Of a DNA stretch of 64,000 bases, positions 27,090-39,929 are shown piece by piece (the stretch's first letter is position 1; each line of letters begins with the position of its first letter). Source of the DNA: Eledone cirrhosa. Taxonomy: Eukaryota. The stretch covers positions 11,842,001-11,906,000 of the forward strand of contig OZ024744.1 in assembly GCA_964016885.1 (NCBI GenBank), given 5' to 3'. The notes under the pieces are model-generated. The model was not told the DNA's origin. It did no database searches and saw only the letters and a list, made by a program, of their open reading frames with translations. The position numbers and the translations under genes were made by a program.

Positions 27090-27432
27090 TCATTTCATTC
27101 ATCATTTCATTTTACGTCCACTTTTCCCTGCTTGCAAGGGTGGGACGGGAACTGATTCTGGCTTGATTTCTACAGCTGGATGCCCTTCCTAACACCAACC
27201 TCATTTACAGTGAGTGCTGGGTGCTTTTTTGCCATGGCACCTCCACAAACACTTTGCAGTGGAATGATATGGACCCCAGCCCCTATCATCTCATTTCTAC
27301 AGCTGAGTAAACTGGAGCAATGAGAAATAAAGTGTCTTGCTCAAGGAAACAACACATCACCCGGTCTGAGAATTGAACTCACAACCTTTCAATTGCAAGG
27401 CCAATGCTCTAACCACTAAGCCATGTGCCTCC
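27090..27432 (-). mobile_element. Full-length copy of the tRNA-derived chimeric SINE
   Basis: Reverse complement of the 8351-8681 element. Confidence 0.92.
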
Positions 27433-27440
27433 ATAAATAT

Positions 27441-28981
27441 TTAGCTTTTGTAGACCTGGAGAAAGCCTTTGACAGAGTCCCCCGCTCCATTATCTGAAAA
27501 GTAGGAGTAGATGAATGGCTTGTGAGAGCTATACAAGCCATGTATAAAGAAACAGTCAGCAAGGTTATGAAGGTTATCAGCAATGAATATTGTGAAGAAT
27601 TTAGTGTAAAAGTTGGTGTTCATCAAGGCTCTGTCCTTAGCCGCCTCATATTTATTATTGCCCTTCAGGCTATAACAGAGGAGTTCAAGACTGGCTGCCC
27701 ATGGGAACTTCTATACGCTGATGATCTAACGCTCATAGCTGAATCAATGGCTGAACTAGAGAAGAAATTCCAAACATGGAAGCATGGCCTAGAATCAAAA
27801 GGCCTTAAAGTTAACTTGTCTAAGACTAAAGTTCTAGTTTGTAGAAAGGAAAATAGGGCACAGGTGCCCTCTGGGAAATGGCAATGCTCAGTGTGTAGGA
27901 CAGTAGTAGGCAGAAACTCCATTTTATGTCCCAAATGCAAAGTATGGATACATAAAAGATGTAGTGGGATCACAGGTAAGCTAACTAAGAATATAGGTTT
28001 TATATGTGGCCGATGCTCAGGTGCAATAAATAGCAAGTGCCCACAGAATACTAGCACCTTCTATTGCCCAGATGGTTCTATAGAAAAAGTGAACACCTTC
28101 CGTTACCTGGGTGACAAAATCAGCAGTGGGGGAGGGTGCTCTGAAAGTACAGTAGCTAGAGTCAGAACTGGATGGAAAAAGTTCAGAGAGCTTATACTGC
28201 TGTTGACCACAAAAGGTTTCTTTCTAAAAATGAAAGGCAGGCTGTATGATGCCTGTATACGAACAGCAATGCTACATGGCAGTGAGACCTGGACATTGTG
28301 TGCAGAGGACCTGCGCAGACTGGAAAGGAATGAAGCATGCATGCTCCATTGGATGTGTAATAGTAATATACGTGAACGGCAAAGCATAAATGAACTAAGT
28401 GAGAAATTAGGAATAAGGGGGATCAGATGCTGTTTACTCGAGAGAAGACTACGTTGGTATAGTCACGTGATGCGCATGAAAGACGACAGCTGTATAAAAA
28501 AAGTGCAGGGCGATCAAAATTGATGGAAGCCATGGAGTAGGCAGACCCAGAAGAGAGATTTTTGGCGCTACACAGTAATACAGAAGACCCGCCTTGCCTA
28601 TGTACACAGTGAAACCTACAGTCAGTAGGCACCTCTTAACCAAATATACACCCCAATCCACTACCCCTACCCTATCCTCCAACTCCCACCAACACCACCC
28701 TCTCTCTGTAAAGTTGGTACCACAACATCCAGTCCAAATAAATGAGATCGAGATCATGTAGGTATCCTAAAAAAAACACAGTCCACGCTGTAATGTGGCC
28801 GTGTAGGTAACACTGTAAATGTGGTTGGTGTTAGGAAGGGCATCCAGCCGTAGAAAACCTGCCAGATAGTCCTATATGAGCGAGACATGGTCACCCAACC
28901 AGCCTTGCCTCAAGTGGGACAACTCCTGTCTAACCCATGCTAGCGTGGAAGATGGACGTTAAACGATGATGATGATGATGA
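27441..28981 (+). mobile_element. 5'-truncated RTE-clade LINE with PHD-like finger, family B
   Basis: FVDLEKAFD, GVHQGS, WELLYADD, CSVC..C..C..W.HKRC..C..C; 3' UTR and (GAT)n tail. Confidence 0.92.
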
Positions 28982-31575
28982 TACACTGCGACGGCTTCAA
29001 TAGAGTACATGGAGGCCATGGAGTTGGCACAAGGAATGAGGAAGGATTCAGACTTCTAGAATTCTGCGACGCCAATGACATGTCGATATGTAACACAAAC
29101 TTTAAAAAACCCGACAACCACCTGATCACCTATAGATCAGGGGAGCACTCTAGTCAGTTAGATTTTATCCTCATCAGAGGACGTGACAGATGGACGGTCG
29201 TAAACACAAAAGCCTTCCCTAGTGAGGAATGTACATCCCAACATAGCTTAGTTGTCAGCGACCTCACGGTCAGAACTAGACGAGCCCTGAAACAGAGGCC
29301 AACCTGGAGAAGAAAGATCTGGAAGCTGAAAGTCCCCTCAACCAGTAACAGACTTAAAGATATTTTACTCAACGCCTACGACAGTAAAGAAGAACAGATA
29401 GAGACATTTAACGTAGAAGAGAACTGGGAGTTCCTAAAAAATAACTTACTAGAGGCGACGGATGAGGTTTGTGGCTGGAGTAAGACCTCAAGCAGGAGGA
29501 GAGTGACTTGGTGGTGGAACAATAAGGTAGATGAAGCAGTCAAGGCCAAGAGACAGGCATGGAAAGAATGGAAGAACGGGGGGAGCAGGGTACATTACAT
29601 AGAGACCAAGAGGGAAGCTAGGCGACAAGTATACTTAGCTAGGAGGGAAGCAGAGGATAGAAAATTCAAGCATGTTTTACAACGTGAGGACCAGAAACAG
29701 GAGGTATTCAAGATTGCGAGGCAGTGTGTCAGAGATAGTTGTGATGTCATTGGAGAGAAGTGTATCCGGAATGATAAAGGTGAGCTTGCCCTCACAAGTG
29801 CTGAGAAGAAAGATGCATGGAAGAGTCATTATGATAGATTACTAAATGAGGAGAATGCATGGGAAGAAGAGACCCTACCCCACGTAGACCCTATAGAGGG
29901 ACCAGCAGTACAAGTCAGCGGCAGCGTAGTAAGTAAGGCAATCAGAGATATGAAGATAGGGAAGGCAACCGGTCCATCGGGTATAGCTGCCGAGATGCTG
30001 AAGGCATCTGGGTCTGTAGGTCACACTATAACCACACGTATCGTTAACCAGGTAATACTAGAGGGGGCCATACCAAAAGATTGGTGCAGTAGCATCATTG
30101 TCAACTGCTACAAAGGTAAAGGCGATGCACTAGATAGAGGAAACTATAGAGGTATAAAGTTGATGGACCAGGTCATGAAAGTAACAGAAAGAGTTATAGC
30201 ACAGCTGATTAGGGACCGGGTGAATATAGACGAGATGCAATTTGGGTTTGTTCCAGGGAAAGGCACCACTGATGCGCTCTTCCTTGTGAGGCAATTACAG
30301 GAAAAGTACCTAGCTAAAAGTAAGCCACTCTACTTGGCATTTGTCGACCTTGAGAAAGCCTTTGACAGAGTTCCACGTGCAGTAATCTGGTGGGCTCTTA
30401 GAAAACTAGGAGTAGATGAATGGCTTGTGAAAGCGGTACAAGCCATGTATAGGGGAGCAGTCAGCAAAGTTAGGATTGGCAATGAGTATAGCGAGGAATT
30501 TAGCGTACAGGTTGGGGTCCACCAGGGCTCTGTTCTTAGCCCTCTCCTGTTCATCATAGTCCTGCAGGCAATAACGGAGGAGTTTAAGACCGGATGCCCA
30601 TGGGAACTCCTGTATGCTGATGACCTCGCACTCATAGCTGAATCTATGGTAGAACTAGAGAATAAATTCCAAACCTGGAAGCAGGGACTAGAGAGAAAGG
30701 GCCTCAAAGTCAACATGACAAAGACTAAGGTCCTTATAAGTAGACGAGAAAACAGAACCCAGATCCCCTCAGGGAAATGGCCTTGCTCAGTATGTAGGAA
30801 AGGTGTAGGTAGGAACTCCATTCTTTGCCCCAAATGCAAACAATGGGTACACAAGAGATGTAGCGGGATCTCAGGAAGCTTAATTAAGAATGTAGGATTC
30901 ACATGCAGCAGCTGTGCTGAAACAGCAAGCAAACAGCCACAGGAAACAAGTACCACCAATCTCTGGGAGGGCCCTGTAGAAACAGTAGACAGCTTCTGCT
31001 ACCTAGGTGACCGAATTAGCAACGGAGGTGGGTGCTCAGAAAGTACAATAACTAGGGTAAGAACGGGATGGAAGAAGTTTAGGGAACTACTACCACTGCT
31101 AGCTGCAAAAGGCTTCTCCCTCAGAATGAAAGGCAGACTGTATGATGCGTGTATCCGAACAGCGATGTTGCATGGTAGTGAGACCTGGGCGCTGAAGGTG
31201 GAAGACTTACGTAGATTAGAGAGAAACGAAGCCTGCATGCTCCGATGGATGTGTAACAGTAATATACGTGAACGACAAAGCATAAATGAATTGAGAGAGA
31301 GACTGAGCATAAGAGGAATCAAATGCTGCGTGCAGGAGAGGCGGTTACGCTGGTATGGACATGTGATGCGTATGAAGGATGACAGCTGCATAAAAAGGTG
31401 CAGAGCACTAGAAGTTGATGGAAACCGCGGAGTGGGGAGACCCAAGATGACTTGGGATGAGGTGATAAAAGCCGACCTTACCCAACTACACCTCTCAAAG
31501 TCAATGACACACGACCGTGACTTCTGGCGTCACGCAGTAATACAGGGTACCCGACCTCCCATGGGTACATGCTGA
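28966..31575 (+). CDS. LINE ORF (partial APE, RT, PHD-like zinc finger), 869 aa; annotated start is artefactual
   Basis: SQLDFIL/SQHSLV (APE end), NYRGIKL, QFGF, AFVDLEKAFD, QGSVLSP, LYADD, YLG; leading Met run comes from the (GAT)n tail. Confidence 0.9.
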   Translation: MMMMMIHCDGFNRVHGGHGVGTRNEEGFRLLEFCDANDMSICNTNFKKPDNHLITYRSGEHSSQLDFILIRGRDRWTVVNTKAFPSEECTSQHSLVVSDLTVRTRRALKQRPTWRRKIWKLKVPSTSNRLKDILLNAYDSKEEQIETFNVEENWEFLKNNLLEATDEVCGWSKTSSRRRVTWWWNNKVDEAVKAKRQAWKEWKNGGSRVHYIETKREARRQVYLARREAEDRKFKHVLQREDQKQEVFKIARQCVRDSCDVIGEKCIRNDKGELALTSAEKKDAWKSHYDRLLNEENAWEEETLPHVDPIEGPAVQVSGSVVSKAIRDMKIGKATGPSGIAAEMLKASGSVGHTITTRIVNQVILEGAIPKDWCSSIIVNCYKGKGDALDRGNYRGIKLMDQVMKVTERVIAQLIRDRVNIDEMQFGFVPGKGTTDALFLVRQLQEKYLAKSKPLYLAFVDLEKAFDRVPRAVIWWALRKLGVDEWLVKAVQAMYRGAVSKVRIGNEYSEEFSVQVGVHQGSVLSPLLFIIVLQAITEEFKTGCPWELLYADDLALIAESMVELENKFQTWKQGLERKGLKVNMTKTKVLISRRENRTQIPSGKWPCSVCRKGVGRNSILCPKCKQWVHKRCSGISGSLIKNVGFTCSSCAETASKQPQETSTTNLWEGPVETVDSFCYLGDRISNGGGCSESTITRVRTGWKKFRELLPLLAAKGFSLRMKGRLYDACIRTAMLHGSETWALKVEDLRRLERNEACMLRWMCNSNIRERQSINELRERLSIRGIKCCVQERRLRWYGHVMRMKDDSCIKRCRALEVDGNRGVGRPKMTWDEVIKADLTQLHLSKSMTHDRDFWRHAVIQGTRPPMGTC

Positions 31576-31878
31576 AGCATATAAACAATATGCCCCCCCC
31601 CCCCCACCGCAAGGTGGTCGTGGAGGTGCCACGGCAAAAAAGCACCCAGCCCACACTGTAAAGTGGACGTGTAGGCGCCACGAAAAAGCACCCAGCACTC
31701 ACTGTAAATGAGGTTGGTGTTAGGAAGGGCATCCAGCTGTAGAAATCAAGCCAGATCAGTTCCTGTATGAGCAAGGCATGGTCAGCCGACCAGACACTGC
31801 CCACAACAGGACAACCCGTCTAACCCATGCTAGCGTGGAAGAACGGACGTAAAACGGTGATGATGATGATGATGATGA
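28983..31878 (+). mobile_element. 5'-truncated RTE-clade LINE, family A, uninterrupted ORF, (GAT)n tail
   Basis: Begins in the tail of the preceding LINE; 3' UTR nearly identical to 38995-39356. Confidence 0.95.
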
Positions 31879-31950
31879 CACAGGGAATGTAACATGAAGT
31901 TACTGTCGGTTCACCCAGGTGAGCATTCTGTAGAGCTAGACAGAGTGTAA

Positions 31951-32190
31951 TATAATAATACAAGGATGATTTGTTAATCCTTCATTACGTTTATTGATTG
32001 GTGATGCACGTTTCACTATTGATCAGCTCAAGGTTCGATCTGTATTGATCTGGCCCGACTCTGGAATAATAAGCTCGTTGGACCTCTGTTGTAGTAATGA
32101 CATATAAAGCATATAAATGTCCATTCTGTCATTACACCAATCAATAAACGTAATGAAGGATTAACAAATCATCCTTGTATTATTATTATA
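31951..32190. repeat. Inverted repeat with ~50-bp arms
   Basis: ATAATAATACAAGGATGATTTGTTAATCCTTCATTACGTTTATTGATTGGTG and its reverse complement at ~32135-32187. Confidence 0.85.
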
Positions 32191-32199
32191 TTTATAAGG

Positions 32200-33500
32200 G
32201 AAAAAAAGTGAATATCTCAGCCAAAAATAAATTTATTGGAAAAATAGAAAGTGGCATAAAGATTAAAACAATCCCTCACGGCCTCCATCTGGCACATGTG
32301 GTCTTCACGGTGTCCTGAGGGAGAGTCTCAGATGCTTCATTAATCTTGTCAATCAGCTGGGAGTTGGTGTTACACTAGCATAGTTAGTGTCTTTCTCAAC
32401 AGCACCCCACATATAATAATCCATAGGATTGTAATGAGGGGAGTTAGGGGGCCAAAGGTTGGGGCTAGTGAAGTCATAAAAATTCTCTGACAACCATTTC
32501 TGTCTCTACGTAGAAGTGTGGCAGGGAGCTGAAACTTGCTACCACACCTATAGTATTCCAGAAGCCACCCTCTCCAACCAAGGCTTAACCACAGTAATCA
32601 GCAACTCCACATAGCCAGCTGAAATGAACCTGAGACCTTGTTCAAAGATGTGAGGTAGCATGATGTCACCCTCATTGGAGACATCCAAAAATCATTAAAA
32701 TTTGAGGAAACTGGATCTTCATGACACAAGGAACGTTATATGGATTGTTGGCAAGCCATCTGTTGTTCTGCAACCTGTCCCAACAAAAATTCTTTTCATC
32801 AAAGAAGAACCAAACTGTCCCTGGTTCAACAGGATGTTTCATTTTGTTCAGAAGTTTCTTTACCTTCATCTGAGAGTTTTCTCGAACCTTTTCTGTCAGA
32901 AGTTGACCTTTACGGCTCTTGTATGAGCGATAGTTGAGGCCCTCATTCAAGGCTAGCTTCATGGTGGAAGCTAAAACATCCATTTCTTGTGCTAAAGCTT
33001 GCATTCTCTTGCTTGGGTGTTCCATCACTTTCTCCTACAGTTGTTGGATAAATTCTGATGTATGGAGTCAATCAGAACATCTGCTGTCTCCTTTTCTACA
33101 AGCCATGACCTCGTAGTCTCTAATGCAGCTCTACATTTGACATCTTATTGCTTTCACAGTGTTCAAAAAACATTGAGCAGCTGCCATGATTGTGGAATTT
33201 TGATGCCCAACACGAATCATGATCCAGGTTACCCTTTTCCAATATTCTGGTGGTTTCCACTTGTCCATCTCAGTTAACTTTGACATCTTTAAAAGTGTTG
33301 TAATTAAGTATCACAATTAAGTGGTGTAATTGAGTATCACAATTAAGTGGTGTAATTGAGTATCACAATTAAGTGGTGTAATTAAGTATCACAATTAAGT
33401 GGTGTAATTAAGTATCACAATGCCGATCAATTTTCAGACACAAGGGTATATTTAAAAAAAAAAAATTAAACTCTATCAAATCTATCCAGAATACCCTGTA
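32200..33500 (-). mobile_element. Tc1/mariner-superfamily (maT/DD37D-like) transposon relic
   Basis: FFDEKNF and WPPNSPHYNPMDYYMWG on minus strand; TACAGGGT-type end near 33498. Confidence 0.7.
33295..33420. repeat. Minisatellite, 26-bp unit GTGGTGTAATTRAGTATCACAATTAA, about 5 copies
   Basis: Direct reading; lies inside the Tc1/mariner relic. Confidence 0.9.
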
Positions 33501-33567
33501 TATATCATCATCACCATTTTCCGTCCATTTTTTCATGCTAGCATGGGTGTGTGTGTGGAGAGAGAGA

Positions 33568-33605
<38 letters not shown>

Positions 33606-33777
33606 AACATATCTGTGAGAAAAAAGAAAGAAAATAGAAATGAAGAGGAAACATGAATAATTTTGTTTGTTTTGTAAATAAATACACATTCAATAATAAC
33701 TCATTGCAGTGATAAGATATATATCTATATATGTGTATATATACTGTGCATGTATGTATGTATAAATACATATGTAT

Positions 33778-35020
33778 AGTAAGCAGTACAGTGAACCAAA
33801 TATCTATGTGTATGGTAAACGACTTGGTGTGGTTGATCAGTTTATCTACCTGGGAAGCACTGTCAATCGATACAGCAACCTTGATAGCGAAATCCCACTC
33901 AGGATTAGGAAAGCTAGAAAGGCGACTTTGGAGTCAGCGAGACATATGCAAGAAGACAAAGGTAAAGGTATACAAGGCATGTGTGCTCTTTTCTCTTCTT
34001 TATGCCTGGGAGACCTGGATCACATATCGACACCACCTTAAGCAATTGGAGTGTTTCCTTCAGATGTGTCTCAGACAGATCCATGGCGTTCACTGGAGAG
34101 ACCACATCAGTGATGTCGAGATTTTGGAAAGCTCTCTGTGTGAAAGTATAGAAGCTCTTGTGTTTAAGCAAAGACTCCGGTGGAGTGGTGACCTTGCCAG
34201 GATGAAGGATTCTAGAATACCAAAACAACTCTTTTATGGAGAGTTGGTTAAAGGAAAACGACCTCCACATAAACCAAAAAAGAGGTATAAGGATTCCTTG
34301 AAAGCCTCTCTGAAAGACGCTAACATCTCTGCTGATACAAGGGAAAATATTGCTGCTGATCGTAATAAATGGAGAATATATGAGGGGAAAGTTGCCTTTG
34401 AGGCATCTCGAATTGCATACGAGAAAGTAAAGCGGGATGTGAGGAAAGGCATTGCTGTTGCACTTCCAGACGGCAAAGGCCCTCCTATGGTGCTGACATG
34501 CAGCGTCTGTGCGAGACTCTGCCTAAGAAAAACTGAACTCGAAAGTCATCTTCGCAGTCGTAAAGTAAGACCAGTGGTTGACTACCAGGCTTCTGTTGGA
34601 GATGCTACTCATCATGCCTGCCAAGCATGTGGTAGAGAATGTAAATCAGCAGGAGGGCTCAAACAACATGCAAAAGTACACGAACTCCAACCACAGCCGA
34701 CTATTCCCAGTGAATGTTTTGGTTGCCGACTCTGTGCAAGACATTTTAGATCATTGGCTGGGCTAAAAAGTCACATTCGATCGCAGCACTGTTAATTTCT
34801 ATCGTGTGTGTGTGTGTGTGTATAGATATGTTTATGTGTGTATGTGTGTGTATATATATATATGTATATTATTATTGTTGTGGTTGTTGTCGTTATTATT
34901 ATTGTTGTTATTATTATTGTTATTATTATGTTGTTTTTTTCTCGTCCAATGGCCATACTCGATAACGAGGGGGCAGCCATCATCATGTATGATGTATGTA
35001 TATTATAGTATGTATGTATG
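33778..35020 (+). mobile_element. 5'-truncated copy of the RTE at 14155-18610
   Basis: Near-identical C-terminal protein ending SLAGLKSHIRSQHC and the same 3' terminus. Confidence 0.93.
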
Positions 35021-36072
35021 TTCATTATAGTCCTCCAAGCCATAACAGAGGAGTTTAAGACTGGCTGTCCATGGGAACTTCTCTATGCTGATGATCTGGT
35101 TCTTATAGCAGAATCAGTAGAGGAGCTAGAGAATAAATTCTGGCTATGGAAACAGCAGTTGGAAGCAAGAGGACTGAGAGTGAATCTAGCTAAGACAAAA
35201 GTGTTGATGAGTAGAAAAGAGGACAAAAGTCTGATTCCGTCAGGGAAATGGCCATGTTCCATATGCAGAAAAGCAACTGGCATAAATTCTATAAAATGCA
35301 CACAATGCAGATCCTGGGTACACAAGAGATGTAGCGGGATAGCAGGCAAACTAACAGGTAGGGAGAAATATGTATGCAGTAGATGTACAGGGAAATTAGA
35401 AAGTAGAAGTCGCATTGATAGACACATTTTTCAGATGCAGGAGGGCGCTATAGAAGTGGTGGATAGCTTCCGGTACCAAGGAGATCAGATTAGCATGGGA
35501 GGAGGGTGTTCTGAGGCCATAGTATCTAGAATAAGGACGGGTTGAAAAAGTTTAGGGAGCTGCTTCCTCTGTTGACGAAGAAGGGTTTCTCGCTACTAAA
35601 GAAAAGCTGGTTATATGATGTCTGTGTGAGATGCGTGATGCTGCATGATAGTGAGACATGGGCAGCAACTGCAGAGGATATGCGACGGTTGGAGAGAAAT
35701 GAGGCAAGCATGCTCCGTTGGATATGCAATGTCAATGTGCGTGAACGACCCAGCATGTGTTGAGAGAGAAACTGTATTTAAGAGGGATAAGCTGTAGTGT
35801 GCAGGAGTGAAGACTGAGATGGTATGGACATGTGATGCGCATGGAGGATGACCGATGGGTGAAGAAGTGCCAGGAAATGCCAGTTGAAGAAAGACGTAGT
35901 AGAGGAAGACCCCGAAAAACATGGGTGGAGGTGGTGAGAGCTGACCTCAGATCACTGAAGCTCACAGAAGAGATGACAAAGGACCGTGACAAGCGGAGAG
36001 ATGTTGTGCTGAATAGGACCCATCCGACCCTTGCAAGCAGGGAACAACCGACATAAAATGATGATGATGATT
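35021..36072 (+). mobile_element. 5'-truncated RTE-PHD LINE, family C
   Basis: WELLYADD, PHD-like finger, tail CCCTTGCAAGCAGGGAA..(GAT)n. Confidence 0.9.
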
Positions 36073-36094
36073 ATATATATATATATATATATAT

Positions 36095-36280
36095 AACGAA
36101 GGAAGTGTGGTAAGGAACCAGATGGACCATAACACACCAGAGTACTCAATACTTAGGGTAGTAGAGTGAGTAATAGGAAAATGTTTAACCCCGACGGAAG
36201 ATCTCAAGCTGTTTCTGAGTCCAGAAATAGCCGTCGAAACAGCTTGAGCTCTGCTGTCAGGGTTAAACATTTTCCTATAC
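36095..36280. mobile_element. Fold-back Penelope pLTR-like element with partial hammerhead
   Basis: Inverted arms TAGGAAAATGTTTAACCC / GGGTTAAACATTTTCCTA; GAAACAGC-TTGAGCTCT-GCTGTC; homologous to 52598-52770. Confidence 0.6.
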
Positions 36281-36329
36281 ATATATACAATATATTAATA
36301 AATGGAAACTATATTTATAAAACCATAAT

Positions 36330-36394
36330 TATTTTATTATATATATTTCAAAAGCAACCAAGGCAGTCTTGGTGCGCTTTCATCAGATAAAATA
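36330..36394 (-). ncRNA. Type I hammerhead ribozyme (candidate)
   Basis: Minus strand: TATTTTAT CTGATGA AAGCGCACCAAG-ACTGC-CTTGGTTGCTTTT GAA ATATATAT A ATAAAATA; 8-bp stem I, conserved core, palindromic stem III. Confidence 0.65.
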
Positions 36395-36468
36395 CAAAAT
36401 TTGTTTTAGAAATAGTGACATAGCTGTGGAAAACTCTAGGTCATGCACCGTCACTGTGCATACATACA

Positions 36469-36506
<38 letters not shown>

Positions 36507-36832
36507 GGTGTATGTATGCACAGTGAAGGTGCACGACCTAGAGTTTAGGGTGTTGTGCTCAAGATTGGATTGCTGAATTTGGAGAGTGGGTAGCAAGTTG
36601 GTTTAGTTGGCGTCATGGCTACAGGTTGGTGTTTGGCTTGGGGTGTTTTCTTAGTGTTTTGTGGACTGATTGAAGCAATAATGGTCTAATTTACGTATGT
36701 ATAAAAAATGGGTCTTCACCCTATTTTATAACATCTCCATATATGAGCACATCATTCTTTATATTAACTTTATCTCCTCAGCACTTCATAAAAATTCAAG
36801 AGGTCATCTATGTATATATAATGTATATATAT

Positions 36833-37501
<669 letters not shown>

Positions 37502-38994
37502 CAAAGAGGGTGTGGTTAGATACAAGGTGGACGATAACACATGAGAGTACTCAATACTTAGAGTAGTAGAAATATGAAAAGAGTCAGAAACCCAATGGCT
37601 GAGCCCCGGCTGTTTCGGCAGCTAGATCCGAACAGTTTGGATCTAGTTGTTGGGGTCCTGACTCTTTTCATATACATATATATGTATATATATATATATG
37701 TGTGTATGTATTAGATGGCTTTACTAGTACTCTACACATCAGTAACCAATATGTGTGTGTGTGTATATATATATACACACACACACACATACACAAACAT
37801 GCTTTTTATTAAGGCTAAATAGTGAGTCTTGTTACACTGGAGTATCACCTGTTGATCCCAGGGTCATCAGACATGAACATATATGTGTGTGTGTCTATTT
37901 ACATATATATGTGTGTGTGGTTGTGTCGTGCTATCAAATGGTAACTGTGTAAGTGTGATGTGAAGGGTGTGTTATATTATTAGGTGGTGATTGTGGGGAG
38001 AATCTGTTGTATGTGATGATGCATGCTACAAGGACATCAGCCAATAAACATTTTAGGATGACAATTCTTTGAAACCAAATTATACTCCAAGAACAACAAA
38101 AGTATCCTTGAAAACTCTTACTTAAATGAAAAGAAATAAAATGTGTGTGCATGTGAATGTGACTGAGTGTCTATGTGTGTATGTCTGTGTATGTCTGTGT
38201 ATGCATATGTATATACATGTGTGTGAGTGCAGGGATAAGGAAATGAAGGAAGAAAAGGGCAGAAGGAAACAAAGAAGGAAAGAGAGAGAGAGAGAGAGAA
38301 TAGTTTACAATACCTTCAGGTGTCTTGCGTTTTTAATTAAAATAATTGTTTCTACTTTAGGCACAAGGCCAGCAATCACCCAGTGCATTCGTAAAACAAG
38401 ATTTAAAGAAAATCTTTTAAATGTTGTGCAAATAAAATAAATTTAAATTAAAAAGGCCCAAGTTGAATTAAATTATTTAAAAATAAAAAGGAACAACAAA
38501 ACATAAATGAAAAAAAATTCTTTGCACACCGGTTGGAAAAAAAATATTTAAAAATAAAAAATATACAAATTAACACGTTTATTTAAATGTTTATTATATA
38601 GTATATAATTTATTTTCAAATAACTGTCACTATTCTGCAGAACAGTTTCAAATATTTTAATTTTTTTGTTATTTTTTAAGTGTTGATATATATATATAGG
38701 AAGTAGGTTGTTGTTGGGTGCAAGTGGCTGGGTGGCAGCAAGAAGCAAGGTACTGGCGCAAATAAAGTAATAAAAATATCCGTACCAAAGGTAGGAAACA
38801 TTAAATTCATTAGAAATATATCATCATCATCGTCGTTTAAAATCATCACCATTAGCAACAACATCAATAATAACAACAATACCATAAAAAAGAAATGTTA
38901 ATACTTAGTTGAGAAAAATAATGTAAATAATTAATTATAAGTGTAATTTTTAGTGCTTTTCAAATATATATATATATATAAATATATATATGTG

Positions 38995-39356
38995 TCATCA
39001 TCATCATCATCACCGTTTTACGTCCGTTCTTCCACGCTAGCATGGGTTAGACGGGTTGTCCTGTTGTGGGCAGTGTCTGGTCGGCTGACCATGCCTTGCT
39101 CATACAGGAACTGATCTGGCTTGATTTCTACAGCTGGATGCCCTTCCTAACACCAACCTCATTTACAGTGAGTGCTGGGTGCTTTTTCGTGGCGCCTACA
39201 CGTCCACTTTACAGTGTGGGCTGGGTGCTTTTTTGCCGTGGCACCTCCACGGCCACCTTGCGGTGGGGGGGGGGGCATATTGTTTATATGCTTCAGCATG
39301 TACCCATGGGAGGTCGGGTACCCTGTATTACTGCGTGACGCCAGAAGTCACGGTCG
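38995..39356 (-). mobile_element. 3' end of LINE family A
   Basis: Near-identical reverse complement of ~31515-31878. Confidence 0.92.
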
Positions 39357-39433
39357 ATATGTGTATATATATGTATGTGTGGGTGTTTGTGTGTATATAT
39401 ATAGATAAATATATATATATATATATGTGTGTT

Positions 39434-39501
<68 letters not shown>

Positions 39502-39529
39502 TATATATATGTATTATATATATATATAA

Positions 39530-39695
39530 ACTACACCTGATGTACCCCTTCCATACACACGCACATGTGTATATTATGACTCATGCACTGTTCATTTTCC
39601 TGATGTTTGTACATTACTCTATGTACTATACATACACTTTTTGATGAGTTGTAGTGCACCTGAGCACTGTACACAATATTTTCATTATTATTATA
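39530..39695 (+). mobile_element. 3' UTR fragment of CR1-type LINE
   Basis: GAGTTGTAGTGCACCTGAGCACT..(TTA)n matches the reverse complement of 41705-41800. Confidence 0.65.
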
Positions 39696-39929
39696 TAAAT
39701 ATATATATATGTATTATATATATATGTATATATATATATATAATATATATATGTATTATATATATATATATATAAATATATATATATGTATTATATATAT
39801 ATAAATATATATATATGTATTATATATATATATAAATATATATATATGTATATATATATAAATATATGTATATATATATATATAAATAGACATGTATATA
39901 TATATATGTGTATATATATATTTCTTCTA

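Noticed and set aside
30330-31445. Recurring antisense ORFs over the LINE RT
   Set aside because: Shadow frames of conserved LINE copies, no independent motif.
36142-36152. Similarity of GTACTCAATAC to the satellite core GTACTCCAATAT
   Set aside because: Too short to infer common origin.
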